Assembly: GCA_050010755.1 (NCBI GenBank)
Contig: JBEKKK010000004.1
Location: 32,001-96,000, forward strand
Source of the DNA: Candidatus Bathyarchaeia archaeon
Lineage (GTDB): Archaea; Thermoproteota; Bathyarchaeia; Bathyarchaeales; Bathycorpusculaceae
Length of the DNA stretch: 64,000 nucleotides
Direction of reading: 5' to 3'
Shown here: positions 1 to 10,389 of the stretch, piece by piece
Numbering within the stretch: position 1 is the first letter of the stretch
Layout: every line of letters begins with the position of its first letter
Notes under the pieces: model-generated
What the model was told of the DNA's origin: nothing
Seen by the model: only the letters and a program-made list of their open reading frames with translations
Databases searched by the model: none
Translations under genes and position numbers: made by a program

Positions 1-1
1 C

Positions 2-739
2 CTGGACGCGGCATCCACAGGCTATGCTTCCTACTTCAGAGACATCAGGAGCGGCTCAAACGGGTACCCAGCAGGCCCAGGCTATGACCTAGTTACAGGC
101 TTAGGCAGCCCAGTCACCACGAGTTTCACACCATCAACAACGCCCGACTTCTCACTGTCAGCATCACCCACATCGCTGAGCATCAGAACCGGGACCTATG
201 GAACCTCGACCATAACGGTAACCGCTCTAAACGGCTTCACGGGCACAGTCACACTATCAGCTACATCTCCGACTGGTTGGACTTCAAGTCTCAACCCACC
301 CTCAATTACAGCGTCCGGCCAATCAACACTCACAATAACCGTGCCCAGTGGCACCAGCAGCGGAACATACTCCGTTACAGTCAATGGCACTAGCGGATCC
401 TTAACCCACACCGTCGCCATCACAGTGCACGTGACAACCCCCGACTTCTCGCTCTCAGCGTCACCTACATCCTTGAGCATCAGAAGAGGATACTCAGGAA
501 CCTCGACCATAACCGTAGCCGCTCTCAACGGGTTCACGGGCACAGTCACACTATCAACCACTTCTCAAACAGGGCTAACCATCAGTCTCAGTCCGACCTC
601 GATTTCGACATCGGGAACATCTACACTGAAAATAACCGTGGCAAGCAACGCAAGAACCGGAACGTACACAGTAACTGTGACAGGCAAAAGCGGTGCGTTA
701 AGCCACACGGCAAAAGTCAGCGTAACAGTTCGAAGGTAA
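2..739 (+). CDS. C-terminal part of a secreted S53 (sedolisin/kumamolisin-like) peptidase with two Ser/Thr-rich Ig-like repeats (5' truncated by window edge)
   Basis: Frame 2 is open from the window start and reads YFRDIRSGSNGYPAGPGYDLVTGLGSP, the S53 C-terminal Ca-binding motif, then two PDFSLSASPTSLSIR...HT repeats. Confidence 0.8.
   Translation: MDAASTGYASYFRDIRSGSNGYPAGPGYDLVTGLGSPVTTSFTPSTTPDFSLSASPTSLSIRTGTYGTSTITVTALNGFTGTVTLSATSPTGWTSSLNPPSITASGQSTLTITVPSGTSSGTYSVTVNGTSGSLTHTVAITVHVTTPDFSLSASPTSLSIRRGYSGTSTITVAALNGFTGTVTLSTTSQTGLTISLSPTSISTSGTSTLKITVASNARTGTYTVTVTGKSGALSHTAKVSVTVRR
143..736 (+). repeat. Intragenic tandem duplication, two units of ~297 bp (~99 aa)
   Basis: cccgacttctc(a/g)ct(g/c)tcagc...ggaacctcgaccataac...ttcacgggcacagtcacactatca occurs at ~143 and ~440. 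Confidence 0.85.
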
Positions 740-757
740 TCGCTGACATTCTTCCAC

Positions 758-773
758 CTTTTTTCACATCTAC
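758..773 (+). terminator. U-rich archaeal terminator candidate
   Basis: CTTTTTTCACATCTAC 19 nt after the stop codon; a near-identical copy follows the CDS ending at 48390. Confidence 0.45.
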
Positions 774-866
774 GTTGGTTCAGGATGGGCGCACGATCGG
801 TCTCTTAAGGGCATCCTCAAAGACGCGTTACACTTTCAAACCCGCGCAAACATTAGCGACCGAGCA

Positions 867-1661
867 TTATTTCTTTGTTGTCGGAATGTAAATTCCTTGG
901 GGGTCTATCTCTCTCAATAGTGCCAGTTCTTCGCATGTGGGCAGGTCAGTTGTCGACAAGTCTTTTGGCACTGTCAAGTCAAACTCTGTGTTTTCAAGCA
1001 CCTGTTGAACTGAAACGCCCGGATGGATCGTGGCCAGTCTGATGCGCCTTGTATGCGGGTCAAAATCCATTTGACAAAGGTTGGTCACGACAAGTGATGG
1101 ACCGCCGCCGAGCAACCCTGTTTTTTTCCTCGCATCACATCCGTCCAAGAACCCTGGGCTTGTCAGGTAGTCGAGTTTCTTGACCATTTTCCTTTTCTCA
1201 TGGGTCATGATGACCACCGTGCGATGGGCTGAAGACATTATGTCGTTGCCTCCTCCGCTCCCGGGCAGCCTCACGGTCGGTTTCTCGAAGCTTCCAATGT
1301 AGGTCGTGTTTAGGTTTCCATACATGTCGATTTGCGCCGCGCCGACGAATCCAACGTCCACGTGGCCGCCTTGAAGCATAAGCCCCAATGTTTCGAGTAG
1401 ACCAATTGCTCCAGAAGCACGGTAGCCCAGCCTCGAGTCGGCGATCGACAGGGCAACGTCTTTGGCGTTCGAATCTATGAAACCTGCTTCAAAAACGATT
1501 TTTGCTGCTCGAGCGTGCGTTCTCTTGGCCAGCAACGCTGCAATCATGGGCAAGCCTGTGCCAACGAAGACGACCTCGCCGTTCTTTATTGCTCTTGATC
1601 CGCACACAGCCATGAGTTCAAGTGTAGAAAACTCATCGATCCCTGCAAGTTTCCTAGCCAT
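867..1661 (-). CDS. Family I CoA-transferase beta subunit (glutaconate/3-oxoadipate CoA-transferase-like)
   Basis: VFVGTGLP, GAAQIDMYGNLNTT, RLPGSGGGND, LDYLTSPG motifs; downstream of the alpha subunit. Confidence 0.85.
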   Translation of the reverse strand: MARKLAGIDEFSTLELMAVCGSRAIKNGEVVFVGTGLPMIAALLAKRTHARAAKIVFEAGFIDSNAKDVALSIADSRLGYRASGAIGLLETLGLMLQGGHVDVGFVGAAQIDMYGNLNTTYIGSFEKPTVRLPGSGGGNDIMSSAHRTVVIMTHEKRKMVKKLDYLTSPGFLDGCDARKKTGLLGGGPSLVVTNLCQMDFDPHTRRIRLATIHPGVSVQQVLENTEFDLTVPKDLSTTDLPTCEELALLREIDPQGIYIPTTKK

Positions 1662-1673
1662 TTCAGTTCCTCC

Positions 1674-2594
1674 TCAGTAGGCAAACGGTTTCTTGGCTCT
1701 AAACTTCATGAGTCGTTCGATGCCTATCTTCGTCAGAAACTCTGCGTGATCTTTAGTGCCCGTTATGTATTCGCTGCAGTATTTCTGCCACCCTTCCTCG
1801 GTCTTGCATTGGTCGTAGTACGTGCGCACGTGTTCCATGTCGTAATCGTAATAGTTGTAAACCATCATAGGAAACGAACCCCACGGACACTCAACGACAT
1901 GGGTCACGTAAATGTTAGGTATGATCGTCTGGTCTGGCTGAGACCTGATGAACTCAGTATCTACGATTTCTTCAGCCAAAATTATCACTTTCTTCCCAGC
2001 TCTAGCGCCTTCCACATCCTCGCCTTTGATGCCGTCAATCTGCACGTTTCCCTCCCTGTCCACCCGCGAGGCATGCACGATACTGAAATCCGGGCGGACC
2101 GATGGAACGAGCACGATCCTTTCCCCAGTGAACGGACAGTCCATGACCTCTGCCTTCTTCGCTCTAAACTTTTTTTTCGCAAGAATATCTGTGCCGAGCA
2201 TACTCTTCAGAGGCATGAAAGGCACACCCAGCGCACCTCCCATAAATCGCAAAACCATGGCCAAGTTTGAATAATCTTCAATCTCTATTGCCCCCTCCCG
2301 GATTCTACGTTGAATATTGGGCACCAACCCTATACCTTCAATTGCAAAAAACGCCAGTTCTAGACGTGAAACAACCTTTGCTCCGCACAGTATATCCAAG
2401 TCCATTTCAGAACCACAAGTGTAAAGGGTCAAGCCACGCTTTTTCTGCCTTATGAGCTCATGCGCAAAGGCCATCGGGGGACGTTGAAAACCAAAACCTC
2501 CCCAGAAAACATGTGCACCATCCGGAACGAGTTTAACAGCTTCCTTGAGCGTTATTCTTTTATCCTCTACAGGCATCTCAACCAAACTCTTCAC
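1674..2594 (-). CDS. Family I CoA-transferase alpha subunit (GctA-like)
   Basis: GGFGFQRPPMAFAHELIRQ, GALGVPFMP, CPFTGE, DREGNVQ motifs. Confidence 0.85.
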   Translation of the reverse strand: MKSLVEMPVEDKRITLKEAVKLVPDGAHVFWGGFGFQRPPMAFAHELIRQKKRGLTLYTCGSEMDLDILCGAKVVSRLELAFFAIEGIGLVPNIQRRIREGAIEIEDYSNLAMVLRFMGGALGVPFMPLKSMLGTDILAKKKFRAKKAEVMDCPFTGERIVLVPSVRPDFSIVHASRVDREGNVQIDGIKGEDVEGARAGKKVIILAEEIVDTEFIRSQPDQTIIPNIYVTHVVECPWGSFPMMVYNYYDYDMEHVRTYYDQCKTEEGWQKYCSEYITGTKDHAEFLTKIGIERLMKFRAKKPFAY

Positions 2595-2757
2595 CAGCCA
2601 ACGTTATAGCAACGCATAGACGCGCATCCCGCACATAGATTTTTCGACTCATCAAAAGCAAAACTATGCATTTCACCTTGTAAGATGCTGTGCTCCATAT
2701 CGTATATATGAATATACGCGGCGATCCATTGTGCCAAATGCAACCTTTCCGAGTGCG

Positions 2758-3783
2758 CTACCCTTCTTGCTCTCGGTTTAATTGTTTCTCTGCAGCTGAA
2801 ACTTCTTCAGGCGTTAGTTTTCGTGGGAAGTTGTAGATTGGGCCGCTGGGTTTCTCGTTATAGAATGGACGATTGCAGTCGGGGCATCCCGAGGTGAGAA
2901 AGGGTTCGCCGGTTTGGATGATTTTTCTCAGTGTTCCTCCTCCGACCCCAAAATCGGTGATAGAGCCATTCCCATCGAAACTCATGTCTTTGCATCTCAC
3001 GATTCCGTGCAAAATCAGGTGCCTTGCAGTTTGAATTCGCCTGTATCTCCTGATTAGCGGCTGTGTTTCATTTCCTAACGGTGTTCCCGGTACTGGTGTA
3101 AAGGCAAACAACGCTGGCAACACGGCCAAGTCTACGCATTTTTGGATGGTTTCAACCATCTCTTCGTCGGTCTCGCCCAGTCCGACGATCAAGTGCGTGC
3201 TAACCTTTCCTTCACCGTAGATTTTTCTTGCATGTTTCAGAAGTTCCCATTGCTTTTTCCAGTCGTAAGGTCCTCTCGCACCGACTCCCTTCATCCGTTC
3301 AAAGAGTTCTTCTGTGGCGGCATCCAATGGTATTCCAATCCTTTCGACACCGGCATTCGCCAATCGACGCATGTTTTCGACATTGTGAGGCTGACACGAG
3401 ACTGAAATCGGCACTCTCGCGGATTGGCTTACCGTTCGTGCTATAGCGTATAGGTCGGTAAAGACTTGTGGATAGTTCAGAGCTTGGATGCAAACACGTC
3501 TTATTCTACCACCGCGTGCAGCGTCGATAATTCCCTTTTTCACCTCTAGAGTCCTGTAAGCTGGCCATGAGACTCTCGAAAGCATACCGGCCCGCGTCGT
3601 GCTTTCCCTGGCTTGGGGACAGAATGCACAGTTCGCGGTGCACTTTTCTTGACGGTACGTCATGATGTAAACTGTCGTTGGCGCAACATCAAGCCTTGCT
3701 TCTGCCAATCCCAGGACAACAGCAGATCCGAGAGAAACACGAATCTGCTCCGGCAAGTTTTCAGACGGATCGAAGGACTCCAT
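2758..3783 (-). CDS. lipS2: Radical SAM protein, archaeal lipoyl synthase subunit LipS2-like
   Basis: CxxxCxxC (CTANCAFC) plus C-terminal TSGCPDCNRP, matching the LipS2 TxGCPxC(N/D)RP signature. Confidence 0.8.
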   Translation of the reverse strand: MESFDPSENLPEQIRVSLGSAVVLGLAEARLDVAPTTVYIMTYRQEKCTANCAFCPQARESTTRAGMLSRVSWPAYRTLEVKKGIIDAARGGRIRRVCIQALNYPQVFTDLYAIARTVSQSARVPISVSCQPHNVENMRRLANAGVERIGIPLDAATEELFERMKGVGARGPYDWKKQWELLKHARKIYGEGKVSTHLIVGLGETDEEMVETIQKCVDLAVLPALFAFTPVPGTPLGNETQPLIRRYRRIQTARHLILHGIVRCKDMSFDGNGSITDFGVGGGTLRKIIQTGEPFLTSGCPDCNRPFYNEKPSGPIYNFPRKLTPEEVSAAEKQLNREQEG

Positions 3784-3949
3784 TGTACGTCTCCGCCTCA
3801 GACACTAAACCTCAGACGTGTTGTTTTCATGTAATTTGTTAAGTGCTATGCCCTGCTAAAAGGTTTGCCAGCGTAATCAGAAATCTGAACTATATTTAAA
3901 TACGTCTAGCTCTTCGAGCTAGGTGTAATCTATCAGGGGCTCAGGCAGA

Positions 3950-4426
3950 ATGTCTGTGAAAGAGATGACCTGTGAAGAAGTTGATCAGTTTCTCACTTGC
4001 ACGAGAATAGGCCGGTTAGGAATGGTTCTTGAGGAGGGCCCATATGTGGTTCCGATGGGGTTTGCTTATTCTGAAGGAAAGGTGTTCTTTCACACGTGCA
4101 GCAAGGGTTTGAAGATGGATAGCCTCAGAAAGAATGCTCACGTCTGCTTTGAGGTTGACGAAGCTTTGTCTGATGCAACGATGTCGAAGAGCGTAATAAT
4201 CTTCGGAACTGCGGAAATCATCGAGGATGAACAGAGAACGATACCGTATCTGCAGAAGCTCATCGACAAATACAGGGTTCCACTCAACTTTGACGAATAC
4301 ATGGCCAAACCCGGAAGAAACCGAGAGAGCGAACTCAGGGCCGCAAGAATTTGCTTAATCACACCCACAAAAATCACGGGCAGAAAACTACTTCCAAAAG
4401 AAGGACTTCACCCCACTTCCCCATGA
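3950..4426 (+). CDS. Pyridoxamine 5'-phosphate oxidase-like / NimA-like flavin-binding protein
   Basis: GRLG...PYVVPMGF...GLK...N.HVCFEVD...SVIIFG; TATA-like TATATTTAAATA at ~3891. Confidence 0.8.
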   Translation: MSVKEMTCEEVDQFLTCTRIGRLGMVLEEGPYVVPMGFAYSEGKVFFHTCSKGLKMDSLRKNAHVCFEVDEALSDATMSKSVIIFGTAEIIEDEQRTIPYLQKLIDKYRVPLNFDEYMAKPGRNRESELRAARICLITPTKITGRKLLPKEGLHPTSP

Positions 4427-4597
4427 CCCAATACCCTCAGGGCCATGCAAAATGTGGGCAATTGCCTCGTGGCTCACAGGCTTAATGCTCCGCATAGGTC
4501 GGCAAAACGTAAACCCATCACATGTTTTGGACTATTGATTCAGAATTCACAAGCGATTTATCTGCAGGAAGACAAAGCCACATGCAGGTGTATGGGC

Positions 4598-4948
4598 ATG
4601 CGTAGATCAAAGCTTGAAACATACGAGGCGATATTGGGGACTTTGGCGAAGAAACCGACGAAAATCGACAGGCTCGCATACAAGGTTGGCTTGGACTGCG
4701 CTAATCTGGAAAGAAGCCTGAATTTTCTCATCGAAAACGGACTGGTTAAAGAGATATTCCTTCCGAAGGGTACGTCCTACGCCGCAACTGACAGAGGAAT
4801 ATCAGTTTTCAAGACTCTTGACTCCCAGAAATACTTCAAGAAGATACAAGACCGTCTCGTAGCAATAGACGAAGGCATGAGAATAGCGCCAGAAACGTCA
4901 CAACGCTCGGAAAAGCCGGAGAAAGAAATCTCGGACGAAAAGTATTAA
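4598..4948 (+). CDS. Winged-helix transcription regulator (archaeal RRSKLE-type HTH)
   Basis: MRRSKLETYEAIL...LNFLIENGLV...Y..TDRG; start placed at the ATG before RRSK rather than 4445. Confidence 0.75.
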   Translation: MRRSKLETYEAILGTLAKKPTKIDRLAYKVGLDCANLERSLNFLIENGLVKEIFLPKGTSYAATDRGISVFKTLDSQKYFKKIQDRLVAIDEGMRIAPETSQRSEKPEKEISDEKY

Positions 4949-4952
4949 GCAG

Positions 4953-5969
4953 TTGAAAGTGCCTTACACACGAAGAACGATGAAACAGATTTCCCCCGAA
5001 GCCATCTGGCGCATGACTGAAAAGGAACTTTCAGCCTTTCTTGACGAGAACCAATTGCCCAGCACGACAAACGAAATCCATTTCTACGCACCAAGCTTCA
5101 CGTACTACAAGACCAGCCACTATCACTCTTCACCAACGGATTTTCCCACAATCTCATTGACTGGGAATGGATGTGCCCTCAACTGTAAGCACTGCGGCGG
5201 CTTAGTTCTTGAAACTATGCACCCAGTCAAGTCATCTGAAGAATTGTTTGAACTGTGCGTCCAGCTGAAGAAAAAAGGCGCCCTGGGATGCTTGATAAGC
5301 GGCGGATGCCTGCCTAACGGTTCTGTGCCCATTAACAAGTTCATCGAGGGCATAACTAGAGTCAAACGGAACCTTGGCTTGACGGTTCTAGTGCACACGG
5401 GCATAATAGACGAGATCACCGCCCAAGCACTGGCAGAGGCCGGGGTGGACTCAGCTCTTGTAGATGTCATCGGCTCAGACGAGACCATCAGAGAAATATA
5501 CAGGCTAAACATGAAAGTGGAAGATTATTCTCGTTCTTTAAGTGCCTTGAAGGAATCTGGAGTTCGGTTCGTTCCACACGTCATAGTCGGGCTCCATTAC
5601 GGAAAACTCGAAGGCGAATTTCAGGCTCTGCGAATGATCCGAAATTGCAACCCATCAGCCTTAGTCATAATCGCGTTCATGCCCATTCATGGGACAGAAA
5701 TGGAACACGTTGACCCGCCGAAGCCTGTAGAGATAGCGAAGGTAATAGCGTCAGCAAGACTCATGTTTCCGAACACTCCGTTGGCTCTGGGTTGTATGCG
5801 TCCCAAAGGAGGACACAGGATCGAAACAGACATCATGGCTGTCAAAGCAGGCGTCGATGCTATAGCATTTCCGACAGAAGAGGTAGTGGATTTCGCACAG
5901 CAACATGGGAGGACGGCGGCCTTCTCACCTCTCTGCTGCTCACAGATTTATGAGGACCTGACGTGCTAA
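4953..5969 (+). CDS. lipS1: Radical SAM protein, archaeal lipoyl synthase subunit LipS1-like
   Basis: CALNCKHC plus LGCMRP and C-terminal CC, the LipS1 GC(M/A)R and CC signatures. Confidence 0.8.
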   Translation: MKVPYTRRTMKQISPEAIWRMTEKELSAFLDENQLPSTTNEIHFYAPSFTYYKTSHYHSSPTDFPTISLTGNGCALNCKHCGGLVLETMHPVKSSEELFELCVQLKKKGALGCLISGGCLPNGSVPINKFIEGITRVKRNLGLTVLVHTGIIDEITAQALAEAGVDSALVDVIGSDETIREIYRLNMKVEDYSRSLSALKESGVRFVPHVIVGLHYGKLEGEFQALRMIRNCNPSALVIIAFMPIHGTEMEHVDPPKPVEIAKVIASARLMFPNTPLALGCMRPKGGHRIETDIMAVKAGVDAIAFPTEEVVDFAQQHGRTAAFSPLCCSQIYEDLTC

Positions 5970-5983
5970 TCGCTCAGGCCAGC

Positions 5984-7624
5984 CTATTTTTGAAGGGCCA
6001 CAACAGCCGCCATCGCCGCAAACTCAGAGAAACCGACTGCAAGGAATATAGGTAGAACGGATATGTCAAGCTGGATCGCGCCGAACGCAGCGAATATCGG
6101 AAGTGCAACAACAACGAACCCTTGAATCAGAGTCAAGATGTAGGCGCCGATTTTTGAATAGAGGTTACCGACGGCGAATCCTTCTTTCCAGAACCTCCGT
6201 GTCAGGAGCGTGAGTTCAAGCATAATGCCAGCGGACACTGCAAACGCGTGTATTAACCCGTAAGTCACTATCAAAGTGAGGTCTCTGTGGAGAAACAAAG
6301 CAACAAAGAAAAGTACGACAATAGAAAATAGGTAGGTGACTAATGACAACAAGGTCTTCGCCATTATCAGCGTTCTCTTTCCAATCGGAAGGCTACGCGT
6401 GAACGAGGACGCTAGCCCTTCTATCGACAGCAAAGTCGGTGGAAGAAACAGCGTGATCAACGATATTCCAATCAACGAGCTCAATATAAGTATCGGCGTC
6501 AGGTTGCCAGAAGAAAAGAACAATATTGCAAGGATGATTGTTTGAAAAGCCGGAAGCAGAAAGAGACTTGCAAAGGAAGGCGCTCTTGAAGCAACCCTAA
6601 GATCTTTGCGAATGATTCCAAGCCACGGAATTTGGGGCTTAATCTCGGTGTCTGTGACAACCCCCTTTCCTCTGGATATGGCTCCTGCACCGCCTATCGT
6701 CCGCACCGTCCTTGTGACCCACCTTAAGCAGAAGAACGCAGCGAACGTGTACCCAACGGAAGCTGCGATAGAAAAACCGAACACAGTGTAGTCTGGTGTC
6801 CGCGGAAAGGTCAGGTAGGACGTGAGGAAGCCGAAGGAGAACGGGTAGATGAGAACCAGGAAGTGAAGAACCGTGGAAAGGGACTGAGTCAAGGACGTTA
6901 GGAATTGAACGATGTTTCCTGCGAAGCTTACGACAAGGTACGCGCTGAAAATCGGAAGAATCCAGACTATCATTAAGAGAAGCCGGGCCAGGGTCTGCCA
7001 TCTTGATCTTCCGCCGCCTCCGGCAACTCTGGAGTAGAAGAACCGGGCCGAGCTGACGGTGAGTGCTAGGGCAAATATTTCGGTAATCGCTATGGCCAAA
7101 AGCAATAGAAGACCGCCTAGAAGCGTGCCGCCCACAAGAAAATAGGCTGAGAGAAACATTATCGCCGCTGCTGCAAGGGGAATGTCGAACATCCTTAGGA
7201 AAGAAACGAACAAAATGTTCGAGACCTCCTGTTTCGTGAGCGGAAACGCGCCTAATACGTCGCTCATTTTCGATGAGACGAAACTCGTTGAAACCTGCAG
7301 TCCCATGAAGACTATCAGAAACAGCACGACCGCCAGAAAGGCTGTGACGCTTCCTATAATGGTCACATCCCTTGGAGCGGAGCTTGCCCGTGAGGCTTCG
7401 AAGCCGGTCATGGGGAGAAAAACTGTGAAAGCGAATATCCCTATGAAAAGAGTCGTTGCGAGTTTGCTGATGAGCCCGTTCGTTCGAGCGTTTGCCACGA
7501 GTCTCTTGATATCTGTTGTTCCCCTCTGAGGCAGGGACGAACCAACGCGGAGAGAAAAGATGGATTGGAACGATATCTCTTTGTAAACGATGCTTGAAAG
7601 CTTCCAAAGCTCACGAAGTTTCAC
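5984..7624 (-). CDS. ABC-2 type transporter permease (multi-pass membrane)
   Basis: About a dozen hydrophobic segments; directly downstream of the ABC ATPase. Confidence 0.75.
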   Translation of the reverse strand: MKLRELWKLSSIVYKEISFQSIFSLRVGSSLPQRGTTDIKRLVANARTNGLISKLATTLFIGIFAFTVFLPMTGFEASRASSAPRDVTIIGSVTAFLAVVLFLIVFMGLQVSTSFVSSKMSDVLGAFPLTKQEVSNILFVSFLRMFDIPLAAAAIMFLSAYFLVGGTLLGGLLLLLAIAITEIFALALTVSSARFFYSRVAGGGGRSRWQTLARLLLMIVWILPIFSAYLVVSFAGNIVQFLTSLTQSLSTVLHFLVLIYPFSFGFLTSYLTFPRTPDYTVFGFSIAASVGYTFAAFFCLRWVTRTVRTIGGAGAISRGKGVVTDTEIKPQIPWLGIIRKDLRVASRAPSFASLFLLPAFQTIILAILFFSSGNLTPILILSSLIGISLITLFLPPTLLSIEGLASSFTRSLPIGKRTLIMAKTLLSLVTYLFSIVVLFFVALFLHRDLTLIVTYGLIHAFAVSAGIMLELTLLTRRFWKEGFAVGNLYSKIGAYILTLIQGFVVVALPIFAAFGAIQLDISVLPIFLAVGFSEFAAMAAVVALQK

Positions 7625-7634
7625 TGGGCCTTCC

Positions 7635-8414
7635 TTACTCCTCTTCCAGAGCCTTGATTACATCCTGCATTCCTGCTTCCTGCTCAGTTACCTTCAAGAA
7701 AATGTCTTCCAACGAGCCTTCAGCATCCTTCACGAGGCCGCGAAGATCGTCGACCGTTCCTTCTCCGACGAGTTTTCCCTTGTTTATTATCGCCACTCTC
7801 GTGCAGAGTTTTTCTGCAACTTCCATGATGTGCGTTGAGAATACAACCGCCCCGCCCTTCTTCGCGTGGAAAGATATCAGCTCCTTGAGGATTTTTGAAG
7901 ACCGCGCGTCCAAACCCACTAAGGGTTCGTCTAAAATCAGAAGCTTCGGGTCGTGCAGCAAGGCCGCAACAATAGCCACCTTTTGCTTGTTTCCCATCGA
8001 CAGGGCCGCTATTGGAGTATCGAAGTACTGGTTCAGTTCAAAAGCGGAAACGAACCTTTCAAGCCTAGGATTAGTCACACTGGCTTGTAACTGTCTTATT
8101 GAAGCGACGAACTCGAAAAACTCCCGCGGCGTCAGAGAATCTATTAGTACAACCTCTTCCGGAACGTAACCGACCTGGCTCTTTGCAGCGGCCTCGTCCG
8201 AAATGGGCGTATCATAAATCTCAACCTTGCCAGCGTGAGGGGTGAGAACACCCACCAAAACTTTAATGGTACTTGTTTTGCCAGCCCCGTTAGGGCCGAG
8301 CAACCCGTAAATCTCGCCGCTATTGACCGTGAACGATAGGTCATCAACTGCCACGAAAGTGCCATACGTAATGCCAAGCCCCTGAACCTTCACAGCAACT
8401 AGTCCCATGTCCAA
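7635..8414 (-). CDS. ABC transporter ATP-binding protein
   Basis: GPNGAGKT Walker A, LSMG signature variant, LILDEP Walker B, STH switch. Confidence 0.95.
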   Translation of the reverse strand: MDMGLVAVKVQGLGITYGTFVAVDDLSFTVNSGEIYGLLGPNGAGKTSTIKVLVGVLTPHAGKVEIYDTPISDEAAAKSQVGYVPEEVVLIDSLTPREFFEFVASIRQLQASVTNPRLERFVSAFELNQYFDTPIAALSMGNKQKVAIVAALLHDPKLLILDEPLVGLDARSSKILKELISFHAKKGGAVVFSTHIMEVAEKLCTRVAIINKGKLVGEGTVDDLRGLVKDAEGSLEDIFLKVTEQEAGMQDVIKALEEE

Positions 8415-8674
8415 CCCTTCACAACTGAACCATACCAGCCGCCAGTAGCCTTAATACGTTTCTGAAGTCAAAAACCAGCAACCAAATCCAGATTTTCGAA
8501 CTGTTTCGAAGCTGATTCAACCGATTCAACGCATTTAACGAACCAACTGCCACGCAAGTCAAACAAGCATCCGCACCCAAACGAGTTCGCTTCTTCTTGT
8601 TTCACAACAAAGCCAACACAAAAAATGAAGAAGAACTGGGGCTCTCATCAACAGCACCAAAGACACGTGCGCAA

Positions 8675-9820
8675 TTAATCCTCTGCGCTTGAAATGTTTT
8701 GAGGAACGAACCGCCTAAGCGTCTGCAAAGAGCGAATTTTCTCTTTATCCCCAATTTTCGCACTCTCTACGGCTCTTTTCAAGATCTGGATGGATTCGTC
8801 CATGGCTCTTCTGTCGACTGGACGTGGAACGCCGTCCTTTCCGCCGTATGCAAAAGAATACTTCACCGGATCCTTCCAGCTCGGCTTTTCGCCGTAAATC
8901 ATTTCTGCAACCAGAGCCAAACCCCTGACAGTGGCTGGTCCGACGCCCTTGAAGCCGAGTAATTCTTCATAATTGGAAGGTTGAAACTCATACACGGAGC
9001 GCAGAGTGTCCCAATTTATGTTTTTGGGCATCGACAAACTGCAAAAAGGGCATTCTTTCCATTTCGGGTCCCCGTTCTCGGGGAGCCATTCGCCCAATGA
9101 TTTCTGAAACTCTGGCCTCACAGATTGAACCATTCGCATGAGTCTTTTCGGTTCTTCTTTCACCAAATCCACTGACGCCTTCCGGCTGCCCTCGCTCTCC
9201 TTTGCCGTCATGTCTAACACGGTTTCACGTTTCACTTCTCCCACCACTGCAGTGTGCGGTTCAACGACAAAGCTTCTAACATCGTCCGAGAGCCAATGAT
9301 AGCGCCGCGCCGTCCTGTCTTCGGTGCACATGCCCTGCTGAACGACAGCCCACTTCCCACTGTTAGCGATGAAAAAGGCGTGATGATAAAGCTGATATCC
9401 CGCCTGCACGGCCACGTTGTCAACCTTGGCGCTCATCTTGCTGGCGTGACGCAGAGCTTTGACATCGTCATCTGAAAACCCGAATTCCTCTCCAACAGTT
9501 TCTATTTCCGCTGGTGCCCTTCGTGAAGCCCTCCCTTTTCCTCCGCAGACGGCCATGCCATGCTGTTGAGACGAGACGGCTTGTTTCAGGATTCCCGTTA
9601 GAACCGTTGTCACTCCAGAAGAGTGCCAGTCGTAACCTAGAACGCAGCCCAAAGCCTGGAACCAAAACGGATCTGAAACCCGCCTCAAAAACTCGTCTGA
9701 ACCATACTCATCAACGATTATCGTCACAATTTCCTTCGCCATCTTCTGCATACGCACAACCAGATACCGAGGCGCCTTGCCGTAATGAAGTGGAAGCCTA
9801 GCAACGCCCGTTCTCTGCAC
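8675..9820 (-). CDS. DUF763 family protein
   Basis: LPLHYGKAP, SDPFWFQALGCVLGYDWHSSG, GVGPAT HhH-like, FAYGGKDGVP. Confidence 0.85.
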   Translation of the reverse strand: MQRTGVARLPLHYGKAPRYLVVRMQKMAKEIVTIIVDEYGSDEFLRRVSDPFWFQALGCVLGYDWHSSGVTTVLTGILKQAVSSQQHGMAVCGGKGRASRRAPAEIETVGEEFGFSDDDVKALRHASKMSAKVDNVAVQAGYQLYHHAFFIANSGKWAVVQQGMCTEDRTARRYHWLSDDVRSFVVEPHTAVVGEVKRETVLDMTAKESEGSRKASVDLVKEEPKRLMRMVQSVRPEFQKSLGEWLPENGDPKWKECPFCSLSMPKNINWDTLRSVYEFQPSNYEELLGFKGVGPATVRGLALVAEMIYGEKPSWKDPVKYSFAYGGKDGVPRPVDRRAMDESIQILKRAVESAKIGDKEKIRSLQTLRRFVPQNISSAED

Positions 9821-9862
9821 GGCAACACCGCTTATGATACCAGTTCTCAGAAAGTGGTTTAA

Positions 9863-10351
9863 TCATTTTGCTCTCTTCTTCAAGACATGCCCTTCGCGGT
9901 CAATCTCTCCTGTGCGGATCCGCGTGGTCGAAATAGCCTTGTGATCCTCGGAGGGAACCATGTTAATGACCACTATTTCAATCGGACCCAACCCCATTTC
10001 CTTCCTCTTCTCATTGACTTCAAACGCAACGGGCTCAGTCTCCCTGCTGACCACCAGTGCCTCAACAGGATCCGCGGACAGCAGTACTCCGCCATAGGCG
10101 TCCTTTATCGGGATTATCTCGGCCCTCTGCAGCACTCCTTGATCCTTCAAAAATCCTTTGAGCTCTCTCTTGCGCTGCTCGTAGCGAGCCGTTTGATGCG
10201 GCTTGTACATTTTCTTCACAAACTCATCTGAGGATACGCCGATAATTACCCGTTCGCCCAGGTCGAAAGCCTTGATGAGCAAATCTCTGTGTCCCTTGTG
10301 AAGCTCGTCGAAAGTGCCGCCCAGACCGACAGTTCTGAACTTTTTCCCCAT
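9863..10351 (-). CDS. coaD: Phosphopantetheine adenylyltransferase (archaeal type)
   Basis: GGTFDELHKGH, LVVSRET, ISTTRIRTGEID; last CoA operon gene. Confidence 0.9.
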   Translation of the reverse strand: MGKKFRTVGLGGTFDELHKGHRDLLIKAFDLGERVIIGVSSDEFVKKMYKPHQTARYEQRKRELKGFLKDQGVLQRAEIIPIKDAYGGVLLSADPVEALVVSRETEPVAFEVNEKRKEMGLGPIEIVVINMVPSEDHKAISTTRIRTGEIDREGHVLKKRAK

Positions 10352-10389
10352 TAGGTTTCACGTTTAACGCGACTATGCTGCATATAAGA

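Noticed and set aside
6639-7607. 322-aa alternative-frame ORF and the many antisense ORFs in the track
   Set aside because: They overlap well-supported genes and have no motifs; they are shadow ORFs
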